Positions 9,761 through 19,668 of a stretch of 64,000 nt of DNA are shown here, piece by piece (the first letter of the stretch is position 1; the number at the start of each line of letters is the position of its first letter). The translations under genes were made by a program, and so were the position numbers. The notes under the pieces were generated by a model, which searched no databases, was not told the origin of the DNA, and worked only from the letters and a program-made list of their open reading frames with translations. This DNA comes from an uncultured Actinomycetes bacterium (lineage in GTDB: Bacteria > Actinomycetota > Acidimicrobiia > Acidimicrobiales > Ilumatobacteraceae): positions 987-64,986 of the forward strand of contig CALBSD010000097.1 of assembly GCA_937927625.1 (NCBI GenBank). The letters run 5' to 3'.

Positions 9761-10255
9761 TTATTTCAGGGCACTCAGTGCGTGATTCACGCGATCCAAC
9801 AATTCTTGAATCTCTTCGTTCGTCAATCTCTTCTCCAACATCGAGACATAGACCTCTGATTCCTTCGTCAGGTGAAGAGTTACGACGGCATGAAGTCCAT
9901 ATAAAGCGGCACGTAATCGATTCGCTTCAAACGTGTTGATTTCATCATTGCTATTCAGAATGTGATGAAGCTTCTCGAGCTCTGTTGTGAGGTGCCGTAT
10001 TTCAACAATGTCGTGCGACATTGTGTTCGTTGCACTCAAAGATCCAAACATTTCCCCCACCACTGGATACAACACTGCGTGCGACACTTCGCAAAACGGA
10101 ATGAGCTCATTCGCGAGGAATCGGATGCAATCGTCAACTCCGTCACGAATATCGCCGAGCGGTGAAATTCCAATTGAATCCGCTGTTGAAGAAAGTGAAT
10201 TCACTTTCGATAGAAGCGTTTTATGCATCTCATCAATTTGTTCAAATTTCGACAT
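9761..10255 (-). CDS. Hemerythrin-like (HHE cation-binding) domain protein
   Basis: His/Glu-spaced helical pattern (VSHAVLYPVV, MSHDIVEIRHL, LHLTKESEVYVSML). The track start is TTG 10321. ATG 10255 (MSKFEQ) is preceded by GAGGG. ATG 10279 is an alternative. Confidence 0.6.
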   Translation of the reverse strand: MSKFEQIDEMHKTLLSKVNSLSSTADSIGISPLGDIRDGVDDCIRFLANELIPFCEVSHAVLYPVVGEMFGSLSATNTMSHDIVEIRHLTTELEKLHHILNSNDEINTFEANRLRAALYGLHAVVTLHLTKESEVYVSMLEKRLTNEEIQELLDRVNHALSALK

Positions 10256-10362
10256 GTGCCCTCGTTTCTTATGACGCATTGCAATGTATGAAGTCGGCCG
10301 TTGAAGTGCGAGAGGAATCAATACTGAATAGTTTCTGGCAAATTTTGAGTAGATTCATCATC

Positions 10363-10779
10363 ATGAGTCGTGTCAGCACCTACATCAACTGCCTCGGAAA
10401 CACCGAGGAAGCGTTCAACTTCTATGCCAAGGCGTTTGGTAACCCAGTTATCAATCTCACCCGTTTCGCAGATGCAGGAATGCCACTTGCCGAAGACGAT
10501 CTCCAGAAACTTCTCCATGTTGAATTGGAAATTCTTGGCGGCCATATGTTGATGGGCACCGACATGTTGGAATCAGCTGGCCATGTTCTCAATCTTGGCA
10601 ACAACATCAGCATCAATCTTGAGCCAGACACCAAGGAAGAAGCAGACCGTATTCACGCTGCTCTCTCGCAAGGCGCACAAGAAGATTCAGGCCTCAGCGA
10701 TATGCCTTGGGGTGCTTACTGGGGAAGCTGGCTCGACAAGTTCGGCATTCGTTGGATGATCAACGTCACGAACTCCTAA
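10363..10779 (+). CDS. VOC/glyoxalase-fold protein (PhnB-like)
   Basis: The ATG at 10363 gives VSTYINCLGNTEEAFNFYAKAFG...LHVELEILGGHMLMGTD...MPWGAYWGSWLDKFGIRWMIN, typical of PhnB/3-demethylubiquinone-methyltransferase-domain VOC proteins. The upstream part of the track ORF overlaps the hemerythrin gene. Confidence 0.8.
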   Translation: MSRVSTYINCLGNTEEAFNFYAKAFGNPVINLTRFADAGMPLAEDDLQKLLHVELEILGGHMLMGTDMLESAGHVLNLGNNISINLEPDTKEEADRIHAALSQGAQEDSGLSDMPWGAYWGSWLDKFGIRWMINVTNS

Positions 10780-10786
10780 GAGTTCG

Positions 10787-11233
10787 TCAAGCTGGCGACG
10801 CAACCAATACTGGGATAACGCGCGCGGTCTTGGCGCGATAGTCGTTGTACTGAGGGAACACTGCAGCAGATCGTTCCCACCATGCATCGCGCTCTTCGCC
10901 GGACACTTCGCGCACGGTGTACGCAAGTGCCTCAGGACCATCTTGAACAAGAACTTCGTTAGGGTTCGCCAACAAGTTGGAATACCAATCGGGATTCTCG
11001 TCTGAACCACCACGTGATGCGACAAGTGCATATTCGCCGTTGTGTTCGACCCGCATCAATGCGATCTTGCGGACATTGCCAGACTTTGCACCGCGCATCG
11101 TCACGATGATGACGGGGATACCCGTATCCAGCAACGTATTGCCTTCCTTGCCACCTGACTTTTCGTACGTCTCAATCTGATTGCGCACCCATTCACTGGT
11201 GCTGGGTACGTATGTTCCTTCAAGATGAGCCAT
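10787..11233 (-). CDS. Deazaflavin (F420H2)-dependent nitroreductase family oxidoreductase (DDN/DUF385)
   Basis: VIIVTMRGAKSGNVRKIALMRVEHNGEYALVASRGGSDENPDWYSNLLANP matches the DDN-family core. ATG start. Confidence 0.85.
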   Translation of the reverse strand: MAHLEGTYVPSTSEWVRNQIETYEKSGGKEGNTLLDTGIPVIIVTMRGAKSGNVRKIALMRVEHNGEYALVASRGGSDENPDWYSNLLANPNEVLVQDGPEALAYTVREVSGEERDAWWERSAAVFPQYNDYRAKTARVIPVLVASPA

Positions 11234-11334
11234 ATATGCAGTGTAGAGGCGCCATATTTACCAAGTGGCAACCCTTTAATCCCCCAACTGACTACCGTGA
11301 CTACGTGAGTTCTGCCCCATCACCTGCAACATTG

Positions 11335-12189
11335 ATGCGTTGCCCCGTGAACACAACCGTGACCGAGTTGACGGAATATGTACGCCGCGATGGTGGTGTG
11401 GTGATTGAGGGCCTATTGACGCCACATGAAACCAGCGTGCTTCATGATCAGTTGCAGGTGCATGTCGAGCGTCGCTCGCCCGGATTTCGTGAAGATGCGG
11501 GCGACGATGAGTTCTATGGTCGCAAGACAGTGCGCATCCAGGGCCTTGCAGCAAAAAGCCGACAGTTCGTTGATTCTGTTCTCCTCAACGAAATTCTGCT
11601 TGGCATTGCTGACAACATCTTGTTGCCCAACTGCGGCAATTACTGGATGAGCCAATCCGAAACGATCTATATTGCGCCCGGCAACCCTGCACAGGCACTG
11701 CACCGCGATGACATCAATTGGTCTTTCGCTGCTCGCCAGGGAATAGATCTTCAGATGTCTGCACTTATTGCATTGGGTGATTACGACGCAGAAGTGGGCG
11801 CAACGATGGTCGTGCCTAATAGCCATCTCGATGGATATGACGCACCAATTGATGTCTCACTCGCGCAACCCGTAGAAATGAATCCTGGCGATGCACTCAT
11901 CTACCTCGGCAGCCTTGCCCATGGTGGCGGCGCGAACAACAGTGCCAACCGCATTCGTAAAGCTCTCTACATCGGGTTTCTACTGGGATGGCTCACCCCC
12001 GAAGAGGCAGTTCCCTTAGCGATCCCACTTGAAGTTGCACAGACTCTTCCGACTCGCGCACGTGCATTACTAGGACTGTCGAGTGTCCGTGGCAATACGG
12101 CGACTGAAGGCGTTGAATCATTCACTCAACTATGGCAATTAGATAAAGACCACCTTGATCAACTTGGTGGCACTTTTATTCAGGATTAG
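11335..12189 (+). CDS. Phytanoyl-CoA dioxygenase (PhyH) family Fe(II)/2-oxoglutarate oxygenase
   Basis: HRDD (H-x-D) plus the distal LAHGGGAN His. PhyH-like length from ATG 11335. The earlier track start would overlap the divergent DDN gene. Confidence 0.8.
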   Translation: MRCPVNTTVTELTEYVRRDGGVVIEGLLTPHETSVLHDQLQVHVERRSPGFREDAGDDEFYGRKTVRIQGLAAKSRQFVDSVLLNEILLGIADNILLPNCGNYWMSQSETIYIAPGNPAQALHRDDINWSFAARQGIDLQMSALIALGDYDAEVGATMVVPNSHLDGYDAPIDVSLAQPVEMNPGDALIYLGSLAHGGGANNSANRIRKALYIGFLLGWLTPEEAVPLAIPLEVAQTLPTRARALLGLSSVRGNTATEGVESFTQLWQLDKDHLDQLGGTFIQD

Positions 12190-12632
12190 CGATTCTCCGT
12201 CGCGACATTGAGAACGCGACCAAGTTTGCGATAACTCGAACGGAATGCCTCCAGAACGTCCGGGTTTCCAATGAACTCTTCAGGAAGACCCTCTTGAGTC
12301 ACCGTGATGAGAGTTCCACCATTCTCTGGCGTGAACGTCTGCGTCGAAAGAAGTTCTGCTCCCATGAAGTCGGGTTCACCGAACACCCAGCGGTGTGGTG
12401 CTTCTAACTCTTTAATGATTCCTTTGTTGGGGTTCACATCACCTGATTCATCAAAGACCATGTTGAACTCAAAGCGTCCACCTACTTCTAACTCCATCAC
12501 GATGGAATCCAGTGGAATGCTCAGGCCTTCCGGTGCGAAGAACTGATGAAAGAGCTCCGGAGTTGTAAAGGCATTCCACACCACTTCAGGAGTTGCTGCG
12601 ACCCAATGGGAAATTTTCAGAACAGCAGACAC
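12186..12632 (-). CDS. SRPBCC (AHSA1/START-like) domain protein
   Basis: ATPEVVWNAFTTPELFHQFFAPEG...GGRFEFNM...GTLITVTQEG pattern. GTG start. Confidence 0.75.
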   Translation of the reverse strand: MSAVLKISHWVAATPEVVWNAFTTPELFHQFFAPEGLSIPLDSIVMELEVGGRFEFNMVFDESGDVNPNKGIIKELEAPHRWVFGEPDFMGAELLSTQTFTPENGGTLITVTQEGLPEEFIGNPDVLEAFRSSYRKLGRVLNVATENR

Positions 12633-12636
12633 CGGA

Positions 12637-13614
12637 TTACTTTCCAGCCGACTTCAACGCTGCGTTTGCCGCTTCCGCAAGCAGACCAATGCGATCGGTC
12701 TTGTGTCCATTGGCAGGAAGACTCAAAGTGAATCCATCAATCCCAAGTTCTAAGAACTCAGACAATTTCTCTCCGACGGTGTCGGAATCGCCACACAAGA
12801 TGAATGCTTTCATCATCTCGAGGACATCACTATTCCAGCCCTTTGCAACAGCAATTTCTTCAAGGTCTTTGTGTGCCTCTTCCATCGTGGGAGCTACACA
12901 CACCATCATCTGCTTCGTCACTTTGATTTCCGAACGATTGCGGCCGAGACGTTCACAATGCGCATCGAGTGCAGCCAACCGCTCCGTGACTTCTTCGATA
13001 GTGCGTGACGTGAGATTGGACTCATCGGCGTACTGCGCGACCATGCGAAGTGTCTTCTTCAAACCACCACCACCAATCATGATGGGGATTCGGGATACAG
13101 GTGCTGGGAAGTTCACCGCATCTGTTGCTTGATAATGCTTGCCCTGAAGTGTGGCTTTCTCGCCGCGCAACATTGGGATGATGATCTGCAACGCCTCTTC
13201 GAGTTTTTCAAAACGATCTGTAAAGGTTCCAAATTCAAATCCAAGTTGCTTGTGTTCCAATTCGAACCAGCCGGCACCGATACCCAATGTCGCTCGGCCA
13301 TTTGAAACAACGTCAAGCGCAGTCACTGTCTTCGCCAACAATGTTGGATTGCGATAGGTATTGCCAGTCACCAATGCGGACAAGCGCACCTTGCTGGTGT
13401 GCTGGGCAATAGCTGACAGCAACGTGTAGCACTCAAACATAGCTTCGTCGGGCGTTCCGAGTCCGGGCAATTGGTAAAAGTGATCCATCACGAACACTCG
13501 GTCGAATCCGGCATCTTCAGCTGCTTTTGACTGAGCAATCACGCTTTGAAAAATTTGATTGCCCGTTGTGTTGGGGTAGGTGAAGTTGGGGATTTGGTAA
13601 CCGAGGCGAGTCAT
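12637..13614 (-). CDS. LLM-class F420-dependent oxidoreductase
   Basis: MTRLGYQIPNFTYP...VFVMDHFYQLPG...YRNPTLLAKTVTALDVVSNGRATLGIGAGW is the luciferase-like monooxygenase F420 subgroup pattern. ATGA overlap with the upstream GNAT gene. Confidence 0.9.
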   Translation of the reverse strand: MTRLGYQIPNFTYPNTTGNQIFQSVIAQSKAAEDAGFDRVFVMDHFYQLPGLGTPDEAMFECYTLLSAIAQHTSKVRLSALVTGNTYRNPTLLAKTVTALDVVSNGRATLGIGAGWFELEHKQLGFEFGTFTDRFEKLEEALQIIIPMLRGEKATLQGKHYQATDAVNFPAPVSRIPIMIGGGGLKKTLRMVAQYADESNLTSRTIEEVTERLAALDAHCERLGRNRSEIKVTKQMMVCVAPTMEEAHKDLEEIAVAKGWNSDVLEMMKAFILCGDSDTVGEKLSEFLELGIDGFTLSLPANGHKTDRIGLLAEAANAALKSAGK

Positions 13615-14099
13615 GATGCTTCCTTAAAGTTGAGATTCTTTTCTACCCACATATTTGGGTATTCAATGCCGTTGTGAGTCTTTATGTATGACTCGCGGAT
13701 GGAATAACCCATCTGAAGAAAAAGTCCTCGAGCCGAAAATGAGACATCTGCAGTGATTTGCGAATAATGACGTCGAACGGCCTCTTGTTCCAGTGCATCA
13801 ACCAACAAGCGTCCAACACCCATTCGTTGTTGACGCGGCGAGACATAAAGGAGATCAATCTCTCCCTCGCCAGATTCTCGTACTGCAAGATTTCCGAATC
13901 CAACAATCGCGTCTTCACGGTGTGCGACCAATGAATAGGTATCGGCGATTACCTCTTGGATTCGCGCGATGGAGAATCCACTCGCCCATCCATTGATTTG
14001 TTCAGATGAGTAATGCCCGCCGACATTTTCTGAGATTCCTGTCCGAATCACTTCAAGAACTCGTGAAGCATCAGCCTCAGTAGCCGGTCGGAGATTCAT
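13611..14099 (-). CDS. GNAT family N-acetyltransferase
   Basis: Acetyl-CoA motif A-like QQRMGVGRLLVDALEQEA. 162 aa. Confidence 0.8.
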   Translation of the reverse strand: MNLRPATEADASRVLEVIRTGISENVGGHYSSEQINGWASGFSIARIQEVIADTYSLVAHREDAIVGFGNLAVRESGEGEIDLLYVSPRQQRMGVGRLLVDALEQEAVRRHYSQITADVSFSARGLFLQMGYSIRESYIKTHNGIEYPNMWVEKNLNFKEAS

Positions 14100-14111
14100 A
14101 CAGCGGTGGGC

Positions 14112-14624
14112 TTAGTAGGGCTCAACCGCAGGTGCGATAGAGGCATCACCCGTAATACGCGTGCGTGCGGTTTGACCGCGCTTTCCTGCGGCGACTAGCC
14201 CGGTAACACCAGCTAATCCCATTGTCGGCATATTGCCGTACACCGTTTCAACGGTCGCATCGGATAACAGAATTGTCTCGTGATAAATACCAACAGAGCC
14301 GTTATCGCGAACATGCTTATTGAAAGAGCGCCAAGCAGGAAGGTGGGCTGCATCTTTCATCTTCGAATACGCATCTAATTTTTCAAAAGATTCCCAGTAC
14401 TGCCATACGAGGATGGTCTTGCCAGAGAGAAATGTTGATGGCTTCCCGACAAGACCTAAATCACGATTCTTCTGAAGTTCAATCAACATTCGTGGCATTG
14501 CCACGAAGACAGGCATCCATTTCCAGAACTGCCACAAACGATTAAATCTCATTCCAATTAGGAAGAGAACCTTCCCGTCCGCACCGACATCCGCAGTGAA
14601 TCTTCCAGGATTGATTTTTGCCAT
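14112..14624 (-). CDS. DUF4188 domain protein
   Basis: LFLIGMRFNRLWQFWKWMPVFVAMPRML...WQYWESFEKLDAY...HLPAWRSFN is the pattern recalled for DUF4188. ATG 14624 preferred over the TTG 14699 track start. No clear RBS. Confidence 0.65.
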   Translation of the reverse strand: MAKINPGRFTADVGADGKVLFLIGMRFNRLWQFWKWMPVFVAMPRMLIELQKNRDLGLVGKPSTFLSGKTILVWQYWESFEKLDAYSKMKDAAHLPAWRSFNKHVRDNGSVGIYHETILLSDATVETVYGNMPTMGLAGVTGLVAAGKRGQTARTRITGDASIAPAVEPY

Positions 14625-14692
14625 GTACGGACAGTAACGGCTACCGAGAATTGAAACAGGAACTTCGATGACGAACTTTCTACGATGGAGAG

Positions 14693-15112
14693 ATGTCAAT
14701 CAAGGAATTCACCACTTCACACTCAAGCGATCTATCTCTTGAAGCCCTGTGGAAGCGAGTGATCCAGATTGAGGAATGGCCCGCATTCACTCCATCCATC
14801 ACTTCGGCACATGTCGCTGGAAATGGTCAACTCGATATTGGTGCTCACGTTGTCATCAACCAACCTGGTGCCCCCGAGGCAACGTGGACCGTTACGGAAT
14901 TCAACGAACAGAAATCGTTTACGTACGAAATGCGCCGGGCAGGTCTCGTCAGTGTTGCCCACCATGCAGTGGAGCCAACCGACACAGGCGGATCAGTTCT
15001 TCACGTGTCGTTTTCCATGCAGGGCCGACTTGCAAAAGTGTGGGGCGCACTGATGGGAAAGAAAATTAAAGAATTCCTTCAACTTGAAGTTGAAGGATTA
15101 ACAAAGTCCTGA
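14693..15112 (+). CDS. SRPBCC family protein (polyketide cyclase/dehydrase-like)
   Basis: 139 aa, W..V..IE.WP.F.PS pattern. ATG start. Confidence 0.7.
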   Translation: MSIKEFTTSHSSDLSLEALWKRVIQIEEWPAFTPSITSAHVAGNGQLDIGAHVVINQPGAPEATWTVTEFNEQKSFTYEMRRAGLVSVAHHAVEPTDTGGSVLHVSFSMQGRLAKVWGALMGKKIKEFLQLEVEGLTKS

Positions 15113-15113
15113 A

Positions 15114-15545
15114 TTACAAGCTGTAGCGATACACATTTGTTTCGCGCTGCACAAAGCCAAGACGTTGATACAAACGATTGGCTGCTTCTCGTGATGGACG
15201 AGACGTGAGATCAACGGTGACTGCGCCGCGTGTACGTGCTTCATCTAGAGCCGCCTTATTGAGCGCTTCACCGACGCCATGACCACGAGCCGAACCGTCC
15301 ACCACAACATCTTCGATCCATGCACGCAATCCGGTGGGTATGCGGAATGTCGCAAGCGTGAGCGAGCCAACAATCTTTCCTTCAACGCGGGCAATGAAAA
15401 GTACCGATGCCTCTGAAGAGACAATTTCCTGCAATTCATTCACGCTCGGAGGTGGGTTTGAAGAAGAAAGTTGAGGAATCAGCATTTCGAATGCAGAAAC
15501 AAGTTCTGGAGTGACTTCGGTGGCCCGTTCAACGACAACTGACAT
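15114..15545 (-). CDS. GNAT family N-acetyltransferase
   Basis: WIEDVVVDGSARGHGVGEALNKAALDEA is motif A. ATG 15545 is preceded by GGAGG. ATG 15611 is an alternative longer start. Confidence 0.75.
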   Translation of the reverse strand: MSVVVERATEVTPELVSAFEMLIPQLSSSNPPPSVNELQEIVSSEASVLFIARVEGKIVGSLTLATFRIPTGLRAWIEDVVVDGSARGHGVGEALNKAALDEARTRGAVTVDLTSRPSREAANRLYQRLGFVQRETNVYRYSL

Positions 15546-15642
15546 GCCCTCCACCCTGCCACAACATGAACAAATTCCACCGTTATCAACAGGGAAATTT
15601 GGGAATTTCATGCGCCAAAAAGGGCGGTAGATTTTGACCTTA

Positions 15643-16554
15643 ATGACGGCATCAGATCACGTCCGCTGGTTATCGAGCCCAAAGCTCCACAACCCCACGG
15701 TCATCGCTGCATTCAGCGGTTGGAACGACGCAGCAGACGCAGCAAGCACCGCAGTGCGCACACTCGTTGATGCATGGCACGCAGAACCTCTTGCCGAAAT
15801 CGACCCTGAAGAGTTCACGGACTTTGCAACCATTCGCCCTTCTGTGCGACTTGAAGATGGCATCACGCGCTCCATTGTGTGGCCGAAGGTGAACCTCTGG
15901 CACGCCAGCACTCCCGGTGCCGATGTCATCCTCGTTCTCGGACCCGAACCAAGCTTGAAGTGGCGACTTTTCTCCGAGCAAATCATCGGAGTCGCTACGC
16001 GTTACGACGCAGCAATGATTCTTTCGCTCGGAGCACTTATCGCAGAGGTTTCACACCGCGGCGAAGTGCAGGTTATGGGCACAGCAAACGACGATGCCAC
16101 TATCGAGCGTTTTGACCTGCGTCGCTCCCGCTACGAAGGCCCCACAGGCATCATCAGCGTTCTGCACGATGGATGCTCACAATCCTCCATCCCATCAGCT
16201 TCGTTGTGGGCTGCAGTTCCTGCCATCGCATCGCAGATTCCTTCACCGAAAGCCGCTAACGCGTTGATTGCACGTGCAGGTGAAATCATCGGAACACCTT
16301 CTCCGCTCGGCGCGCTTCACAACAAGATTGTTGATTACGACAATCGCGTCGAAGCGATGATTGAGGACGACGAAGATCTTCGTGAATATGTGGAGCGCAT
16401 CGAAACGCTCGGCGAAGATGCTTTTGGACTCGATAATCCAAATCAACTTGAGTTTGACTTCAGTGACTCTGATGAAGACGACGATGCTGAAGAGAACATC
16501 GACACCTTGGTTGATGAAGTTGAGCAGTTCTTACGCGACCAAGACGGTCAGTAA
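15643..16554 (+). CDS. PAC2 (proteasome assembly chaperone 2-like) family protein
   Basis: LHNPTVIAAFSGWNDAADAAS...GPEP..KW...GPTGI pattern and an acidic C-terminal tail, as in actinobacterial PAC2 proteins. ATG 15643 (the track start is TTG 15634). Confidence 0.8.
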   Translation: MTASDHVRWLSSPKLHNPTVIAAFSGWNDAADAASTAVRTLVDAWHAEPLAEIDPEEFTDFATIRPSVRLEDGITRSIVWPKVNLWHASTPGADVILVLGPEPSLKWRLFSEQIIGVATRYDAAMILSLGALIAEVSHRGEVQVMGTANDDATIERFDLRRSRYEGPTGIISVLHDGCSQSSIPSASLWAAVPAIASQIPSPKAANALIARAGEIIGTPSPLGALHNKIVDYDNRVEAMIEDDEDLREYVERIETLGEDAFGLDNPNQLEFDFSDSDEDDDAEENIDTLVDEVEQFLRDQDGQ

Positions 16555-16557
16555 GCG

Positions 16558-17262
16558 CTACATCCCTTCTTCGCCGCGCCACATCTGTTCGCGTGGCGCA
16601 TCAAATGTTGCTGGCTTGACAGTTCCGTTAATCGCAGCGAAGGCCATATCGCCCCACCATTGAGCTCCGGCTGTTGGCGTAGGAAGTTCATCGGGGCCAA
16701 ACCAACCAACGTCAGCTGTCTCAAGTGGATGACCATTTAGTTCTCCACCCGTTGCCTTCAAATGGAAGAGCAACATGTACATACCGAAGCGTGAGAAACC
16801 CATACGCATGCCGTCGACGACGCCCAGCAATTGCAAAGGCTCTGCGTGGATACCCGTCTCTTCTTCCACTTCTTTCATCGCAACTTCCGCTGGCGAATAT
16901 CCAACATCAGCCCAACCAGTGGGATACAGCCACACGCCACTGTCTTTTCTTTTGACAAGAAGAATCTTTCCTTCGTCGTTTCCAACGATGGCACCAATCG
17001 CAACTTTGGGAGTGACGTAACCAGGGACGCCCTCACCAATCGATTCCATCCACTCTTGAACAAAGTGATCTTGTTCGCGACGAACTTCTAGCGCCTCATC
17101 TGCGGATGATTTGATATCGCCTGCAACCTTCAGGACTTCTTCATAGCGCTCACGCTCATACAAGCTCTGTGTGAATCCCATGCCTGTCCGCGCAATTGCA
17201 GAAAGTGTCTCACTCCACCGAATGAGATGGCGGGTGAAGTCTTGAGGTGTTGCGTCGCTCAC
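16558..17262 (-). CDS. NUDIX hydrolase with N-terminal Nudix_N-like extension
   Basis: Nudix box GWADVGYSPAEVAMKEVEEETGI. GTG start. Confidence 0.85.
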   Translation of the reverse strand: MSDATPQDFTRHLIRWSETLSAIARTGMGFTQSLYERERYEEVLKVAGDIKSSADEALEVRREQDHFVQEWMESIGEGVPGYVTPKVAIGAIVGNDEGKILLVKRKDSGVWLYPTGWADVGYSPAEVAMKEVEEETGIHAEPLQLLGVVDGMRMGFSRFGMYMLLFHLKATGGELNGHPLETADVGWFGPDELPTPTAGAQWWGDMAFAAINGTVKPATFDAPREQMWRGEEGM

Positions 17263-17288
17263 GAGAAGAACCCTAGCCCTATGAGGAA

Positions 17289-19568
17289 TTACGCGAGAGC
17301 GTGAAGAATCGCTCGGGCAATTTCGTCTTTATATGACTTGTCGGAGATGCGACCTCCACCCGATTCGCGAACATAGAAGGAGTCCACTACTTCATTGCCC
17401 AGCGTCAACACACGTGCGTGTCGAATGTCGAGGCCCAAATCCGCGATGGCCTTCGTGATGCGATGCAGCACACCCACCATGTCTGGTGCACGCACTTCAA
17501 GGAAAGTTGCGTTTGACGATGCTGTGTCATCAAATCGCACCGTGGGTGCAGAGGGTTTTAGTGCTGATGTTGCTCGACGTGGACGAGCATTAGCTGCTCG
17601 ATCTGCAAGTCGAGATTCAAGCGCGAGTCGTCCCGACAACGCACGTTCAAGATTTGAAACGATCGGTTCCCAATCAATGTCTCCATGAGGGCTGATCACA
17701 CGGAATTCCGAAGCAGCCATTCCTTGTTCATCAGAGTGTGCTTCGGCCCCTAAAACGTCGAGGCCACTGAGTGCAAGAACACCTGCAACTTTGCTGAACG
17801 TACCGGGGCGGTCAGGACTCACAACGGTGACGCGATCAGGAAGAGCCCGAATTGCTACATCGCCTGTCGCCATCATTTCCAACACACCTGCATCGGGGAA
17901 GAGACGCCACATCACTTCTTGCACATCGCCGCCACCAAGAACATGGCGCGTGCGATCAACGAGAAGTGCAATCAGTTCTGATTTCCAATCGCTCCATGCA
18001 GAAGGTCCAGTTGCTTTCGAGTCAGCTTCCGTCAACGCATGTAGAAGGTCGAGCACAACAACACTGCCCAACCGCTCCGCAACCATTGTGATGGTTGCGT
18101 CGTCTGAAAGGTCGCGACGTGTTGCAGTGTCGGCCAGCAACAGGTGATGTTCAATGAGCGAACAAACGATGCTCTTATCGGCATCAGAGAGTCCCATACG
18201 CGAGCCAATGACATCGAACATTTCAACGCCCACTTCGGTGTGGTCGCCTGGATATCCCTTACCGATGTCGTGGAAGAGCGCGCCGATCACCAAAAGGTCA
18301 GGTCGCGCAACACGATCAATAACGGCGACAGCATTCGCCACTGTCTGCCATAGATGACGGTCAACGGTGTAGCGATGGAAAGCATTGCGTTGCGGCTTAC
18401 TGCGCACTGGTGCCCATTCGGGAAGAACGCGCACCAACAAGTTGCGTTGGTCCAAAGATTCCAAAACAGGAATCGCAGCTTCACCCTCAAGCAGAAGTGC
18501 GACAAGATCATCACTCGCGCCAGCAGGCCACGGGTCTGGCCACTTCGGAGATTCCTGACCCAAACGGTCTAGTGATGGACGATCAATTCGCACACCTAAA
18601 CGCGCTGCAGCGGTGGCGACACGCAAGAGAAGCGTGGGGTCATCGGAAACATTGACCTCTTCATCAAGATGGACTTCGCCATTGAGCAACTCAACACCTG
18701 GTGCGATTGATTGCGGGATGCTGGATCGATTCGCAGGTGGGTCGAGTCGCGACCATGCCTCGTCAGAAATCCACGCAACGCGACGTCCCACTTCTGCAAT
18801 CGCTGCCATCAACTCATCATCTGAGTCATACCCCGCAAGTGCGGCAACAGGCATTTGATCTTCAAGTCGAAGAATTTCATTGGGGCGACCCGTATGACGA
18901 TGCAAGGCAACACGGACATTGAGTAACACTTCATTGCACCACTCCAATTGGGAGGAATCACCGGGCAATAGTTCAAGTCCCGCTTTTACAGCCCACTGCA
19001 AAGCATGGATGTCACGAAGTCCACCCATTCCTTCTTTCAAGTTCGGTTCAAGAAGAAATGCCACTTCACCATCTTTTGCATAACGCTCAAGAATGCGTGT
19101 GTGTAATTCGATTAACCACTCGCGGCCACGCTTACGCCAACTATCACCGGCTTCCGCAATGACTTGCTTGCCAAGAGTTTCATTTCCTGCAATGACTCGC
19201 GCAGTGACTAACGCTGTTGCCGTATCTAGATCTGTTCCACACAACTGAATGGTTTCTTTTGGTGTGCGCACTGCATGGCCAAGCTTGATGCCTGCGTCCC
19301 ACACCGGATACCAAATACGAGAAGCGATGTCGCTGATGTCTTTGACGTTCTTGTGCACTAACAGAACATCCAGGTCGCTTTGAGGTGCAAGTTCTCGACG
19401 GCCGTATCCACCAACTGCAATTAATGCGATGTCATCACGCTTCTTCACATCGGAAGTTGCCTCATCGAACAATTGCGCCAGCCACGAATCGGTTGCGGCG
19501 GACATTGCCTGACACGCGGTCAAACCACGCAGAGACAAATCACCTGCGATGTCCTGACGGCTAACCAT
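17289..19568 (-). CDS. glnD: [Protein-PII] uridylyltransferase/uridylyl-removing enzyme
   Basis: 759 aa. NTase motif GGYGRRELAPQSDLDVLLVH, HD domain (FHDIGKG) and two C-terminal ACT-like domains. ATG start. Confidence 0.9.
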   Translation of the reverse strand: MVSRQDIAGDLSLRGLTACQAMSAATDSWLAQLFDEATSDVKKRDDIALIAVGGYGRRELAPQSDLDVLLVHKNVKDISDIASRIWYPVWDAGIKLGHAVRTPKETIQLCGTDLDTATALVTARVIAGNETLGKQVIAEAGDSWRKRGREWLIELHTRILERYAKDGEVAFLLEPNLKEGMGGLRDIHALQWAVKAGLELLPGDSSQLEWCNEVLLNVRVALHRHTGRPNEILRLEDQMPVAALAGYDSDDELMAAIAEVGRRVAWISDEAWSRLDPPANRSSIPQSIAPGVELLNGEVHLDEEVNVSDDPTLLLRVATAAARLGVRIDRPSLDRLGQESPKWPDPWPAGASDDLVALLLEGEAAIPVLESLDQRNLLVRVLPEWAPVRSKPQRNAFHRYTVDRHLWQTVANAVAVIDRVARPDLLVIGALFHDIGKGYPGDHTEVGVEMFDVIGSRMGLSDADKSIVCSLIEHHLLLADTATRRDLSDDATITMVAERLGSVVVLDLLHALTEADSKATGPSAWSDWKSELIALLVDRTRHVLGGGDVQEVMWRLFPDAGVLEMMATGDVAIRALPDRVTVVSPDRPGTFSKVAGVLALSGLDVLGAEAHSDEQGMAASEFRVISPHGDIDWEPIVSNLERALSGRLALESRLADRAANARPRRATSALKPSAPTVRFDDTASSNATFLEVRAPDMVGVLHRITKAIADLGLDIRHARVLTLGNEVVDSFYVRESGGGRISDKSYKDEIARAILHALA

Positions 19569-19668
19569 GGTGTGAGCGTACGGTGCCCGCAGAAGCCGGA
19601 AGCCCAGTTCGACGATGGTTCACATGCTTTTTACAATTCGGGCCACCAGCCACGAAGAAGGTGCGAAA

